From the IMG/VR virus record IMGVR_UViG_2931133163_000005: a stretch of DNA of 64,000 nucleotides; one strand, 5' to 3'. Source of the DNA: a virus. Position numbers and translations under genes: made by a program. This document shows, one piece after another, positions 44,280 to 54,267 of the stretch; positions within the stretch are counted from its first letter, which is position 1, and every line of letters begins with the position of its first letter. Under the pieces are notes generated by a model. It was given only the letters and a program-made list of their open reading frames with translations, was not told the DNA's origin and did not search any database.

Positions 44280-44531
44280 ATGGCCACCAAGAAGATCGTC
44301 ACCTCCGTGACGCTGCACATCCCGGCGAAGGGGCATACGCCCTTCGAGTTCGACGCCTTCTCGAACCGCATCGGCGGGAAGTACGCCATCGACGAGGTCC
44401 CGCCCGGTTCGGTGGTCGAGCTCGATGCCGATGAGGCCGACGCGCTGATCGCCGCCGAGCGGGCGACCGCGTTCGAGGACAAGGCCGCCCCCGCGGCTGA
44501 GAAGACCGCCGCGAAGCCGGCCGCCGCGTGA
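44280..44531 (+). CDS. Small virion assembly protein (gpFI position)
   Basis: PPGSVVELDADEADALIA; position after the MCP. Confidence 0.65.
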   Translation: MATKKIVTSVTLHIPAKGHTPFEFDAFSNRIGGKYAIDEVPPGSVVELDADEADALIAAERATAFEDKAAPAAEKTAAKPAAA

Positions 44532-44884
44532 TCGACTTCGCCGCCCTGGCACTCGGGCCCGGCATCACCGCGTTCGGGCGCCCGGTTACGGTGACGCCGC
44601 TGGCCTCGTCGCCGGTCCGCCAGCCGTTCGACGCCACCGGCGTCTGGACGGTGAAGAACACCAACATCCAGCTCGAGGGCGACCAGAGTCTGAACACCAC
44701 GGTGCTCACGCTCGGGATCCGCCTCCCGGACTGGAAGTACGAGCCTGAGCAGTTCGCCCTCGTGCGCATCCCCGCCGCCGGCTTTTACCCGGACGAGGGC
44801 ACGCTCTGGATCGACGACATCGATCCGGACGGCCAGGGCGGCGCCACCCTCACCCTGAAGCGCGGCTTGCCGCCGGAGCTGTGA
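44528..44884 (+). CDS. Head-tail joining protein (FII-like)
   Basis: Size and position; DGQGGATLTL end. Confidence 0.65.
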   Translation: MIDFAALALGPGITAFGRPVTVTPLASSPVRQPFDATGVWTVKNTNIQLEGDQSLNTTVLTLGIRLPDWKYEPEQFALVRIPAAGFYPDEGTLWIDDIDPDGQGGATLTLKRGLPPEL

Positions 44885-45474
44885 TGCCGTCACCGTCGAC
44901 GCAGATCCGGGAGGCGATCATCGAGCGCCTCCAGGGTCAGGACTGGCTGGCGGTCAAGGCAATCCGCCGGCAGCCGCGACCGCAGATCCAGCACACGAAC
45001 CTCCCCGCGCTCCTGGTCATCCTCGTCGACGAGCTCGAGACGCCGGAGGACGAGGCCAACACTGGGCCGCCGCGCTTCATCAGCGAGGTGACGATCGGCA
45101 TCTCGGTGGTGATCGGGCATCAGCCGCCCGAGCAGCTCGACGCCGACCTCGACGACATCGTCGACCGGATCCGCTCGCATCTCCTGACCGACCCGACGTT
45201 CGTGCGCGGGGTCGACCCGGGCAAGGCCGAGGACGATCCGGAGCGCTTCCCGCTGTTCGAGGCGGTGAGCAAGGTCCGCCGCGGCCGCGTCTTCCCGCAG
45301 GACGGCGAGACGTACTTCGCGGAGGGGCGGCTGGAGATCACCTTCCTGGCGCGCACGAATTACGACCCGGTGATCCCGGACGTCCTCGAACACGTCGTCA
45401 TCACCGCCCGCCCGGCCGGCGCCGGCCCGGGCACGCCCCCGATCGGGCTCACGATCGACCTTCCCACTACCTGA
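44884..45474 (+). CDS. Tail completion/terminator-like protein
   Basis: QIREAIIERL..LPALLV; position before the sheath. Confidence 0.6.
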   Translation: MPSPSTQIREAIIERLQGQDWLAVKAIRRQPRPQIQHTNLPALLVILVDELETPEDEANTGPPRFISEVTIGISVVIGHQPPEQLDADLDDIVDRIRSHLLTDPTFVRGVDPGKAEDDPERFPLFEAVSKVRRGRVFPQDGETYFAEGRLEITFLARTNYDPVIPDVLEHVVITARPAGAGPGTPPIGLTIDLPTT

Positions 45475-45510
45475 GCCGGCCCGCGCCGCTCCCAATCCGA
45501 GGACATCGCC

Positions 45511-45774
45511 ATGGCCGGATCAGCCACGGTCGCCGTCAGGGCGACCGAGGAGCGCTACCGCGCGCTCAAGCACATGCCGTCGCAGACCGGCTTCGAGGCG
45601 GACGGCACAGCCCGCTGGCCGGCCGACCAGTTCACGTTCCGCCTGCGGGACGAGGGCGCCATCGAGCTCCTGGAGGATCTGCACGACGCCGGCGGCCCCA
45701 CCGCCGCGCCGACCTCCGCCAAGCCCGCCACCAGCGCGAGCGCCGCCGCGCCCGCCGCCGCTTCGCAGGAGTAA
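45511..45774 (+). CDS. Small protein preceding the sheath (Mu gp38 position)
   Basis: FTFRLRDEGAIEL; position. Confidence 0.55.
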   Translation: MAGSATVAVRATEERYRALKHMPSQTGFEADGTARWPADQFTFRLRDEGAIELLEDLHDAGGPTAAPTSAKPATSASAAAPAAASQE

Positions 45775-45780
45775 GCCGCG

Positions 45781-47307
45781 ATGGGCATCACGCGCGTTCC
45801 GGACAACTACAAGATCCCGGGCCCGAACACCCAGATCGACCCCTCGCAGGCCGGCACCCCAACCTCGCTGAAATGGGCGCTGCTCCCCGGCATCCTGACG
45901 TCGGCCGGCTCGGCCACGCCGAACCAGGTCGTCGCCTGCGGCACGAACGCGGACGCCGACGCCCTGTTCGGCCCGGGCTCGATGCTCGCACGCATGTTCA
46001 AGACGTTCTTCAAGGGCGTCACGAGCGTGCCGATCTACTGCCTGCCGGTGCCGGAGCCGGCCGCCGGCGTCGCGGCGACAGGCACGATCACGGTCACGGC
46101 TGCCCCGACCGTCGCGGGCACCTATCCGCTCTACATCGCGGGCCAGCTCGTGCCGATCGCCATCGTCTCGGCGGACACCACGGCGACGGTGGCCACCAAG
46201 ATCGCAGCCGCGATCACCGCGACCCCGGACCTGCCGGTCACCGCCTCCGCGGCGGCCGCCGTCGTCACCCTGACGGCCAAGTGGAAGGGCCTGACCGGCA
46301 ACGACATCAACGTGCAGGACTGCTACCTCGGCCGCTACGGCGGCGAGCAGCTGCCGGCCGGCCTCGCGGTGACCTACCCGACGGGCAATCAGCTCTCGGG
46401 CGGTACCGGCACGCCGGACTTCACCTCGGCGATCGCGGGCCTGGGCGATGCGCCCTACAAGTTCGTCGCCCTGCCGGTGAACGACTCGGGCTCCTACACC
46501 GTCTGGGACGCCGAGTACGGCTTCACCGACAGCGGTCGCTGGGGTCCGTACCGCCAGAGCTACGGCCAGATCTTCTCGGCGCGCCGCGGCGCCTACGCTG
46601 ATCAGGCCACCTGGGGCCCGTCGAACAACTCGGCGGTCATCTCCCCGATGGCCTTCGAGCCGCAGAGCCCGTCGCCGGTCTGGGAGTGGGCCGCCGCCTA
46701 CACCGCCGCCGCCGCGTTCTCGATCAACGCCTACGCGGCCCAGCCGCTGCAGACGCTCCCGCTGGTCGGCGTGCTGCCGGCGCAGAAGGCCTATCGCTGG
46801 AACAAGACCCAGCTGAACGCCCTCGCGCAGGTCGGCCTCGCGATCCAGGGAACCGACCTCTACGGCGGCACCACCAATCAGCCGGTGATCCTGCGCGAGC
46901 AGACTTCCTACCAGAAGAACGCCTACGGGCAGGCCGACAACGCCTTCGAGCTGGTGACGACGCTCGCTACCCTCGACGAGCGCTACACCCGGGTGCGGCA
47001 GCGGCTCACCAACGCCTTCCCGCGGATGGCTCTGGCCAACGACGGGACCAAGTTCGCCACCGGCAAGCCGATCGTCACGCCGCTGATGATCAAGGCGGAG
47101 ATGGTCTCGGAGTACCGGGACATGGAGTACGACGGTCTCGTCGAGAACGCCGCGCTCTACATCGCGAACCTCTCGGTGGCGCGCTCGAACACCGAGCCGA
47201 ACACCGTCGAGATCCTCGATCCGCCGGACATCGTGAACCAGCTGCGGCGGCTCAACATCCTCGCGCAGTTCCGCCTGCAGTTCCCGCTCAGCGCCTCCGG
47301 CACCTGA
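45781..47307 (+). CDS. Contractile tail sheath (Mu gpL-like)
   Basis: ADALFGPGSMLARM, LTAKWKGLTGNDI, QLSGGTGTPD, TSYQKNAYGQAD, PPDIVNQLR. Confidence 0.95.
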   Translation: MGITRVPDNYKIPGPNTQIDPSQAGTPTSLKWALLPGILTSAGSATPNQVVACGTNADADALFGPGSMLARMFKTFFKGVTSVPIYCLPVPEPAAGVAATGTITVTAAPTVAGTYPLYIAGQLVPIAIVSADTTATVATKIAAAITATPDLPVTASAAAAVVTLTAKWKGLTGNDINVQDCYLGRYGGEQLPAGLAVTYPTGNQLSGGTGTPDFTSAIAGLGDAPYKFVALPVNDSGSYTVWDAEYGFTDSGRWGPYRQSYGQIFSARRGAYADQATWGPSNNSAVISPMAFEPQSPSPVWEWAAAYTAAAAFSINAYAAQPLQTLPLVGVLPAQKAYRWNKTQLNALAQVGLAIQGTDLYGGTTNQPVILREQTSYQKNAYGQADNAFELVTTLATLDERYTRVRQRLTNAFPRMALANDGTKFATGKPIVTPLMIKAEMVSEYRDMEYDGLVENAALYIANLSVARSNTEPNTVEILDPPDIVNQLRRLNILAQFRLQFPLSASGT

Positions 47308-47334
47308 TCGGTCCTCCACGCCTTCCCGCAATCC

Positions 47335-47363
47335 AACCCGCCCTCTGAGGCGGGTTTTTCTTT
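47335..47363 (+). terminator. Hairpin + T tract between sheath and tube
   Basis: AACCCGCC-ctctga-GGCGGGTT-TTTCTTT. Confidence 0.65.
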
Positions 47364-47375
47364 GGAGCACCGGCC

Positions 47376-47735
47376 ATGGGCCAGAGGATCGCCGGCACCG
47401 CCTTCGTGAAGGCCGGCAACAAGCAGTACGACCTGCGCGGCTCGTTCATCGTGTCGCCCTCGCCGTCGAAGCGCGAGGGGGTCGCCGGCCAGGACGGCGT
47501 GCACGGTTTCATCGAGACGCCGCGCGTGCCCTTCATCAAGGGCGACCTCTCGACCACGGCCGGCCTGACCATCGCCGAGCTCGACGCCATGACGGACATC
47601 ACCGTCACCGCCGAGCTCGCGAACGGCAAGACCTACGTCCTGTCGGGCGCCTGGACCGAGTCCGCGCACGAGATCGACACCGGCGCCGGCAAGGTGTCGG
47701 TGAACTGGATGGGCCTCACCTGCGACGAGATCTGA
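47376..47735 (+). CDS. Tail tube protein (Mu gpM-like)
   Basis: RIAGTAFVK..KREGVAGQDGVHGFIETPRVPFI..TAELANGKTYVL. Confidence 0.92.
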   Translation: MGQRIAGTAFVKAGNKQYDLRGSFIVSPSPSKREGVAGQDGVHGFIETPRVPFIKGDLSTTAGLTIAELDAMTDITVTAELANGKTYVLSGAWTESAHEIDTGAGKVSVNWMGLTCDEI

Positions 47736-47737
47736 TC

Positions 47738-48201
47738 ATGGCGGACACCATCGAGGCCCCGGCGCGGGACCCGCGCGAGATCACCTGGCCGTACGAGCAC
47801 CAGCTCGCGGCCGCGGTCCGCGCGCACGACGAGATGGTCAAGGTGCTCGTGCTGCGCGAGCCGACCGGCGAGGAGGTCCTGGAGTTCGGTCTCCTGGAGG
47901 GTCTGTCGGCCGACCAGTTCTTCCCGCTGGTGAGCAAGCTCGCGAGCGTGCCGACGTCGACGCTGAAGAAGATCGGCGCGCGCGACATCCTCTCGCTGGG
48001 GACCGTCCTCAGCCGTTTTTTCGTGTGGGCGGCCCTGCCGCCGGCGCCGTCCACGACAGTCTCCGCCTAGGCCTCGCTTTCCACGCGTGGCCGTTCTCGC
48101 GGCCGATCGGCACCTATCCGCCGGCGACCGTGGCTCACCTGATGGCCCACACCCTGGCGCTGATGCCGCGGCACGCCCCACGCGAGGACCAGGATGGCTG
48201 A
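47738..48201 (+). CDS. Tail assembly chaperone (stop 48070) with -1 frameshift extension to 48201
   Basis: LVLREPTG motif; slippery T TTT TTC at 48016-48022; the -1 frame is open to a TGA overlapping the TMP start. Confidence 0.85.
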
Positions 48202-50786
48202 CGACAAGCTCAGGATCGTCGCCACCGTCGAGGATCAGTTCACCGGGCCGCTGACCAAGCTCCAGAAGGGGCTGAAGGGTGTCGGCGACGAGACGTCCAA
48301 GCAGGGGGCGACCTGGAAGAAGGACTGGGCCGGCGTCCGCGAGGAGGCCAGCAAGTTCCAGGGCGTCCTGCGCGGGTTCGACCCGATCTTCTCGGCCGTG
48401 GGTGTGACGGGGTTCGGGGCGGCCATGTCGATCACCGGCATGGTGTCGGCGATGCGCGGCTTCGCGGGATCGACGCAGCAGCTCTCGATGCTGTCCCGGG
48501 AAACCGGCGTGGCGGTAGACAAGCTGCGCGCGTTCGGGGCGCTCGGCGAGCGGTTCGGCGTGTCGGCCGACAGCATGAAGAGCTCGGTCGGATCCTTCGC
48601 GACCGTGATGTTCGACCTGCGCCGGCGGTGGGGCGAGGCTTACTCCAGCCTCCAGGCGATGAACCTCGGCAAGCTCGCCGAGGATGTGATTGGTGCGCCC
48701 AACATGGACGAGGCGCTCAAGCGCGCGATCGACGGCATCCAGGCGATCCCGGAACCGGAGGTGCGTCGGCGTGTATCCCGGTTGTTCTTCGGGACCGACG
48801 ACATTGCGCGGGTGGTGGGCTCGATTTCGGGCAAGGCCAGCGAGGCACTGGCCCAGGTTCAGAAAGAGGTCGGACACCTCGACAAGCAGACCGAGGAGGC
48901 CGCCGCCCGCTTCGAGCAGAGCATGGGCCGGATCGGCGCCGCGGCCGAGCGGCTGAAGCTGAAAGTCCTCGGGCCGATGCTGAAGGGCACGGCCGACGTG
49001 ATCGAGGACGCCGAGAAGAACGGCCTGCGCGGCAACGATGGCGAGCAGGCGCTCCGCAATCAGCTGTCCCCGTTCGGCGGCCCCGAGGCCACCCCGCGGG
49101 AGAAGCTGGAAGGCCGCCGCGCGCAGGTCGAGAGCCAACTCAAGCTCCTGGAGGCCGGCCCGCGCGGCGGCAGACTACCAGCGCAAGCACGACCGGATGA
49201 TCGAGGAGCTGAAGCGCGTCGCGGACGAGCTGCAGAAGGTCCGCGAGAACGGCGGGGCGAGCGTCAGCCCGTCGAGCTTCGGCGGGTCCACAGGCGGCGG
49301 ATCGTTGATCCAGAAGGCGGCCTGGGGCGGCGGTGGGTTCGGTGGCGGTGGCCCGCTCAGCGGTGGTGGCGGGTTCGGCGGTAGTGGTGGAAGTGGCTAC
49401 TCCGGCGGAACTTCACCACGCGCGCCGGTTCCGAACGCCGGGGCGATCCAGCGCAGCAGCGGCCCGATCACGCCCGGCACCGGCCCGTTGGGCGAGGCTC
49501 CTCAAGCGCAGGAGCCAAAGGAATACTTCGGGCAGGACGTCGACGTCTCCCGCCTGCCGGCCGGCATGCGCAACAACAACCCCGGGAACCTGAAGTACTC
49601 GGGCTCTGAGTGGCAGCGTCGCAACTTCCCCGGCATGGTCGGGCCGTCGCAGAACACCGATCAGGGCTCGCCTCAGATTGTGTTCAACAGCCCCGAAGCG
49701 GGCATGCGCGCGGCAGCCCGCCTCGCCCTGACGAAGTTCGACGGCGGAGCCGACACGCTCCAGAAAATCATCGCCGGGGCCAACGGCTGGACACCGGGGC
49801 ATCCGACCGCCCCGGCCAACATCGCCAAGACGATGGGGATCGGCCCGAACGACAGGCTCGACCTGCGCGACCCTGCTCAGATGCAGAAGTTCCTCCGCGG
49901 CCTGCTGTGGCAGGAGCACGGACCGTCGAACCTGCTGTACAAGGACGACACGCTGCAGCGTGCCGCCGAGGCGGCGCTCGGTCGTGGGGGCGAGGCGGGT
50001 TCCGGCCCGCTGTCGCGCAGCGGCAAGGACGTCGAGCCGGTCGACGGCGTCGGCGGTGTCGACCAACGCCAGGGCGGGGGCATTCGCCGGCAGGCCATCA
50101 CGGACGAGCTGCGCGACCAGTTGGCGAAGGCCGCCAAGAATGCGGCCGTCAACGCGGAGGTCTACTCCGGAGGCCAGGATGACCACGGCCGCCACCGGAC
50201 GGGGAGCCATCGGCACGATGGCGGCCGCTCGGCCGACGTGAGGCTCTACACCACCGGGCCCGACGGCCAGCGGCGCTACCTGTCGATGAACGACCCCGCC
50301 GACCGCAAGGTCATGGAGGGTTTCATCCGCGGGACGGTCCGCAACGGCGCCACCGGCGTCGGCGCGGGCCCCGGCTACATGGGCGAGCACGGCATCCACA
50401 TCGGCGGTGGCCCGTCGATGGCTTGGGGGGCTGGCGGGCGTTCCGCGAATGCGCCCGATTGGGTGCGGCGTGCTCACCGGGACGGCACGGTCGATCGGGC
50501 CAACGCGAGCAGGCAGGCTGACGCGGCCAAAGAGGCAAGCGCGACGCCGCCGAAGGCGAAAGCCCCGGTCGGGGACGCCTTGATGGACCGCTTCTACGGC
50601 CGCGGCGCGCCGGGCGCCGGGCCGGGCATGCAGATGCCGGGCGCGCCGGCCGATCCCAAAGGCACCCTGCACATCAAGTTCGACAACCCCCCTGCCGGGA
50701 TGACGCACCGGGCCGATACGGGCGGTCTGTTCCGCGAGACGACCGTGTCGAAGGGTCGATCGCAGATGGACATGGACCGGGCGTAG
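48194..50786 (+). CDS. Tape measure protein with peptidoglycan-hydrolase-like domains; +1 frameshift near 49170
   Basis: Helical N-terminus (48194-49384 frame); downstream frame holds GMRNNNPGNLK and SHRHDGGRSAD..HGIH motifs. Confidence 0.85.
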
Positions 50787-50821
50787 CGGCTCGCGCCGAG
50801 CCACGATCCGAGGCTTTACGC

Positions 50822-51298
50822 ATGAATTGGCGCGACGAGCTCCGCCCGCCGTCGTTCCGCGGCGTGCCGTTCAAGATCGAGGCAAACACCCGCTTCGGTG
50901 GGCGGCGCGGCTTCACCTACGAGTTCGCCAAGTCCGAGCGCAGCTCGGACGAGGACCTCGGGCGCCGCGTCACGCGCGTGGCGATCTCCGGCTACGTCAT
51001 CGGCGAGGATTACCTCGATCAGGCCGACGACCTGGAGGCGGCGCTGCAGCGGGAGGGCGCCGGCCTCCTCGTCCTGTCCACGATGGGACAGGCGACGATG
51101 CGCTGCGAGACCTACCAGCGCATCGAGACGAAGGATCAGGGCGGCTTGGCCCGCTTCGAGATGGCCTTTGTGCGCTCTCAGGTCGGGGTCGCCGCCCCGT
51201 CCGGGCGGGAGAACACCCAGGCCGCCGCGCGCGCGGCGGCCGCGCAGAACGCGACCGCGGCCGAGCTGTCCGCCGGCAGCGACGACGACTGGAGCTAG
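50822..51298 (+). CDS. DNA circularisation N-terminal domain protein (Mu gpN-like)
   Basis: WRDELRPPSFRGVPF..GRR..EF..EDLGR. Confidence 0.9.
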   Translation: MNWRDELRPPSFRGVPFKIEANTRFGGRRGFTYEFAKSERSSDEDLGRRVTRVAISGYVIGEDYLDQADDLEAALQREGAGLLVLSTMGQATMRCETYQRIETKDQGGLARFEMAFVRSQVGVAAPSGRENTQAAARAAAAQNATAAELSAGSDDDWS

Positions 51299-51304
51299 GA
51301 CCGG

Positions 51305-51979
51305 ATGACCTTCGCCCAGCGCCGCGTCGCTGTCGCGGCGCTGAAGGCCGTGCTCGATGCGCTGCTCACGTCGGGCGTCGACGCCACGAGCCAGGAAGGG
51401 GCGACGCTCCGGCAGCTCTGCGGTGCGCTCTCGGCTGATGCCGTCGGCCAAGTCCAGGCCGGCACCTTCGGGCCGCCGCTGCGCGCGTGCTTCACGGCCG
51501 CCACCGCCGCCGGCGCCACGTTCGTCGGCATGGACCAGGTTCGACAGGCGGCGCAGGCCGTCACGGCTCCGGATCTGCCGGTGCAGCGCGTCGCCCAGAT
51601 CGCGGCGCGTTTCGCGCTCACCGAGATGGTCAACATTCTGGCCGGGACCGTCTTCGTGTCGCGGCAGGATATCGACGCGGCGCTGGCGCGGGTGAACCTC
51701 GCCTTCGCCCCGGCCGAGGACTTCGCCGCCGGGCGCTTCGACAATACTGCGTGGCGTGCGCTCACCGCACTGCACGCGGCCTGTGTCCGCGATCTGACCG
51801 CCCGGGGCAGGCCGCTGCCGCGGCTCGTGCCCTACAGCTTCGGCACTCGCATGCCGCTCCTCACCCTCGCCAACCGCCTGTTCGGCGATGCGGGCCGCGC
51901 CGAGCAGCTGCTCGCGGAGAACCGCGACGTGGTTCACCCCCTGTTCATGCCGGCCTCCGGCAACGCCTTCTCCGGCTGA
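51305..51979 (+). CDS. Mu gpN-like C-terminal part
   Basis: MPLLTLANRLFGDAGRAEQLLAENRDVVHPLFMP. Confidence 0.75.
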   Translation: MTFAQRRVAVAALKAVLDALLTSGVDATSQEGATLRQLCGALSADAVGQVQAGTFGPPLRACFTAATAAGATFVGMDQVRQAAQAVTAPDLPVQRVAQIAARFALTEMVNILAGTVFVSRQDIDAALARVNLAFAPAEDFAAGRFDNTAWRALTALHAACVRDLTARGRPLPRLVPYSFGTRMPLLTLANRLFGDAGRAEQLLAENRDVVHPLFMPASGNAFSG

Positions 51980-51988
51980 GAGCGACCG

Positions 51989-53152
51989 GTGCCCAATCCC
52001 GACCTGATCTGCGAGGTCCGCACCGAGGGCGGCGTCTATCAGGACTGGCTGACCGTCCAGGTGTCCCAGTCCTTCGACGCCGCGTGGCAGCGCACCTTCC
52101 GCCTCACCTGCGCCGAGCCGGAGGATCCGAACAGCCGCCGCCAGACGACATCGGGCTCCTCGTGGGGCGAGGCCGCTCAGATCGCGGCCCAGCGCCTCCT
52201 GCCCGGTATGCGCGTGGACATCGCGCTCGCGGGCGAGGTCGTCATTCAAGAGGGCTACATCGGCAACCGGCAGACCGCCTTCGACGCCAATCGGCACGGC
52301 GTCCAGGTGTCGGGCTTCTCGAAGGCCGAGCTCACCCGCAAGGCGTCGGCTGACGGCGGCACGGGGCAGTTCCGCGGCTACAAGCTCGACGCGATCGCCA
52401 ACCGGCTGCTGAAGCCGCACGGCCTCAAGTTCCGGGTCGAGGGCGGTCCGGACGGCTGGGACACCCCGTTCCCGAACTTCACGATCCGGCACGGCGAGAC
52501 GCCCTTTGACGCGATCTCGCGCGGCTGCCGACAGCGCGGCCTGTGGCTGCGGGCCGATGCCAACGGGGATATTGTCGCCGGCGCACGACAGGGCGGCAAG
52601 GGTGCGATGTTCGAGGAGGGGGTCAACATCCTCTCGGCGAACTGCTCGATCGACATGCCCTCGGTCCAGGAGATCGTCGCGCGCTCGCAGGTCGCGGGCT
52701 CCGACAGCCTGTTCGGGCGCCAGGCCGCGGAGATCTCCGCCAAGGCGCAGATGAGCAATGGCGTGCCCGGTCTCGCCCGCAAGGTGCTGGCCGAGATGCC
52801 GCTCGGCCAGAAAGAGCTGCAGCTGCGCACCAACATGGAGGCGCAGGCGATCGAGGCCGACCTCCTGCGGGTGACGCTGGCCTATCAGGGCTGGCTCAAC
52901 CCGAACGGTGAGCTCTGGGCGCTGTCCGACTTCGTCAGCGTGCGCTCCGGGATGCTGTTCCCCCTCGCCGACCCGCTGATGGACCTAAAGCTCTGGGCTT
53001 ACACCTACGGGCAGACGCCGGAGGGTCAGACGACGACGGCGATCGAGCTCGTGAACGCCAAGGCCTTCCAGCAGAAGAACCCCGACGGCCAGTCGTCCGA
53101 CGGCTTCTACAACCAACCCGTGACGCAGGCGCAGCCCGAGGCGCGCACATGA
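51989..53152 (+). CDS. Baseplate hub (Mu gpP/gp44-like)
   Basis: YQDWLTVQVSQS, GETPFDAISR, ADANGDIV, EEGVNILSA. Confidence 0.9.
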   Translation: MPNPDLICEVRTEGGVYQDWLTVQVSQSFDAAWQRTFRLTCAEPEDPNSRRQTTSGSSWGEAAQIAAQRLLPGMRVDIALAGEVVIQEGYIGNRQTAFDANRHGVQVSGFSKAELTRKASADGGTGQFRGYKLDAIANRLLKPHGLKFRVEGGPDGWDTPFPNFTIRHGETPFDAISRGCRQRGLWLRADANGDIVAGARQGGKGAMFEEGVNILSANCSIDMPSVQEIVARSQVAGSDSLFGRQAAEISAKAQMSNGVPGLARKVLAEMPLGQKELQLRTNMEAQAIEADLLRVTLAYQGWLNPNGELWALSDFVSVRSGMLFPLADPLMDLKLWAYTYGQTPEGQTTTAIELVNAKAFQQKNPDGQSSDGFYNQPVTQAQPEART

Positions 53153-53165
53153 CCGGAGGCGGCGC

Positions 53166-54257
53166 ATGAGCACGTTGCGCGCCGGAGGTGACGACGGCGC
53201 CCGCCGCGCCTACCTCGGCATCGCCCGCGGCACCCTCGTCGCGGTCGATGACTCGACCAAGCTCCAGGAGCACACGGTCCGGGCTTGGTTCGGGGACCAG
53301 TTCACCAACGTCGAGCACTGGCACCCCTACGGCTTCAGCAGCGTCCCGCTTAAGCCGACCGATCAGCAGCAGGGTCAGGCTGAGGTCCTTGTGGCCGCAG
53401 TGGGTGGCAACCCCGACCATCCGGTCGTGATCGCCACCGCTGACCGCCGCCACCGCCCGAAGAACCTCAAGCCGGGCGAGAGTTCGCACCACGACGATCA
53501 GCGCCAGCACACGCACCTGACCCGGGATGGCGTCAACCAGACCGGCAAGAAGGTCACGATCACGGGCGGAGACGACGGTGCGGGCCGGGCGGTGAAACCC
53601 GCCACCGACAATTTCGAGCTCAACGAGCAGCTGAAGGGGCTGGCGGCCCGCCTGTCGCAGGTGGAGGACTCGCACCACGCCCTCTTCGACGTGGTGTCCA
53701 AGTTTCGCCAGAACGCGGAGCAGGTCATCCCGGCGCTCGCCCCGGTCAACGCCGCGACCCAGGTCACGAACGCCCTCAGCGGCGCGCCGGGCGGCCTGGA
53801 CGCCATGAAGGCGCTCGCGGAGGGAAAGCTCACTGGCTACCTCCAGAACGCCCTCCAGCGCGGCCTGAAGTCGTTTCTCGACCCCGGCCGGCTCATGGGC
53901 ATGGCGAGCCTGCTGTCGGGCAACGTCGAGGGCCTGATCGCCGGCCTGGAGGCGCAGATCGCCGGCCTGATCGCCAACAACCCGGTGATCGGGATCGTGG
54001 ACGACCTCGTCGACGAGCTGGAGGCGCTGAACGCGAGCGGCGGGCCCGAGGCGGCGATCGCCGCGAAGGCTGCCGAGCTGACCGGCCAGATCGAGCAGCT
54101 GACCGGCGCTAACCCGGTGATCGGCCAGATCGCCAACCTGCGGGGCCGGCTCCTGCAGCTCGCCGACCAGGCCGGGCCGGCGATGAACTTCCTGGAGCCG
54201 CAGAAGCGGCTCGTGCAGGGCCAGACGAAGTCGATGCGCTTCGGCGGCCCGGGCTGA
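53166..54257 (+). CDS. Baseplate spike (Mu gp45/gpV-like) with long helical C-terminal extension
   Basis: VEHWHPYGFSSVP, AVGGNPDHPVVIATADRRHRPKNLKPGES..DDQ. Confidence 0.85.
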   Translation: MSTLRAGGDDGARRAYLGIARGTLVAVDDSTKLQEHTVRAWFGDQFTNVEHWHPYGFSSVPLKPTDQQQGQAEVLVAAVGGNPDHPVVIATADRRHRPKNLKPGESSHHDDQRQHTHLTRDGVNQTGKKVTITGGDDGAGRAVKPATDNFELNEQLKGLAARLSQVEDSHHALFDVVSKFRQNAEQVIPALAPVNAATQVTNALSGAPGGLDAMKALAEGKLTGYLQNALQRGLKSFLDPGRLMGMASLLSGNVEGLIAGLEAQIAGLIANNPVIGIVDDLVDELEALNASGGPEAAIAAKAAELTGQIEQLTGANPVIGQIANLRGRLLQLADQAGPAMNFLEPQKRLVQGQTKSMRFGGPG

Positions 54258-54267
54258 GAGACGCGCC

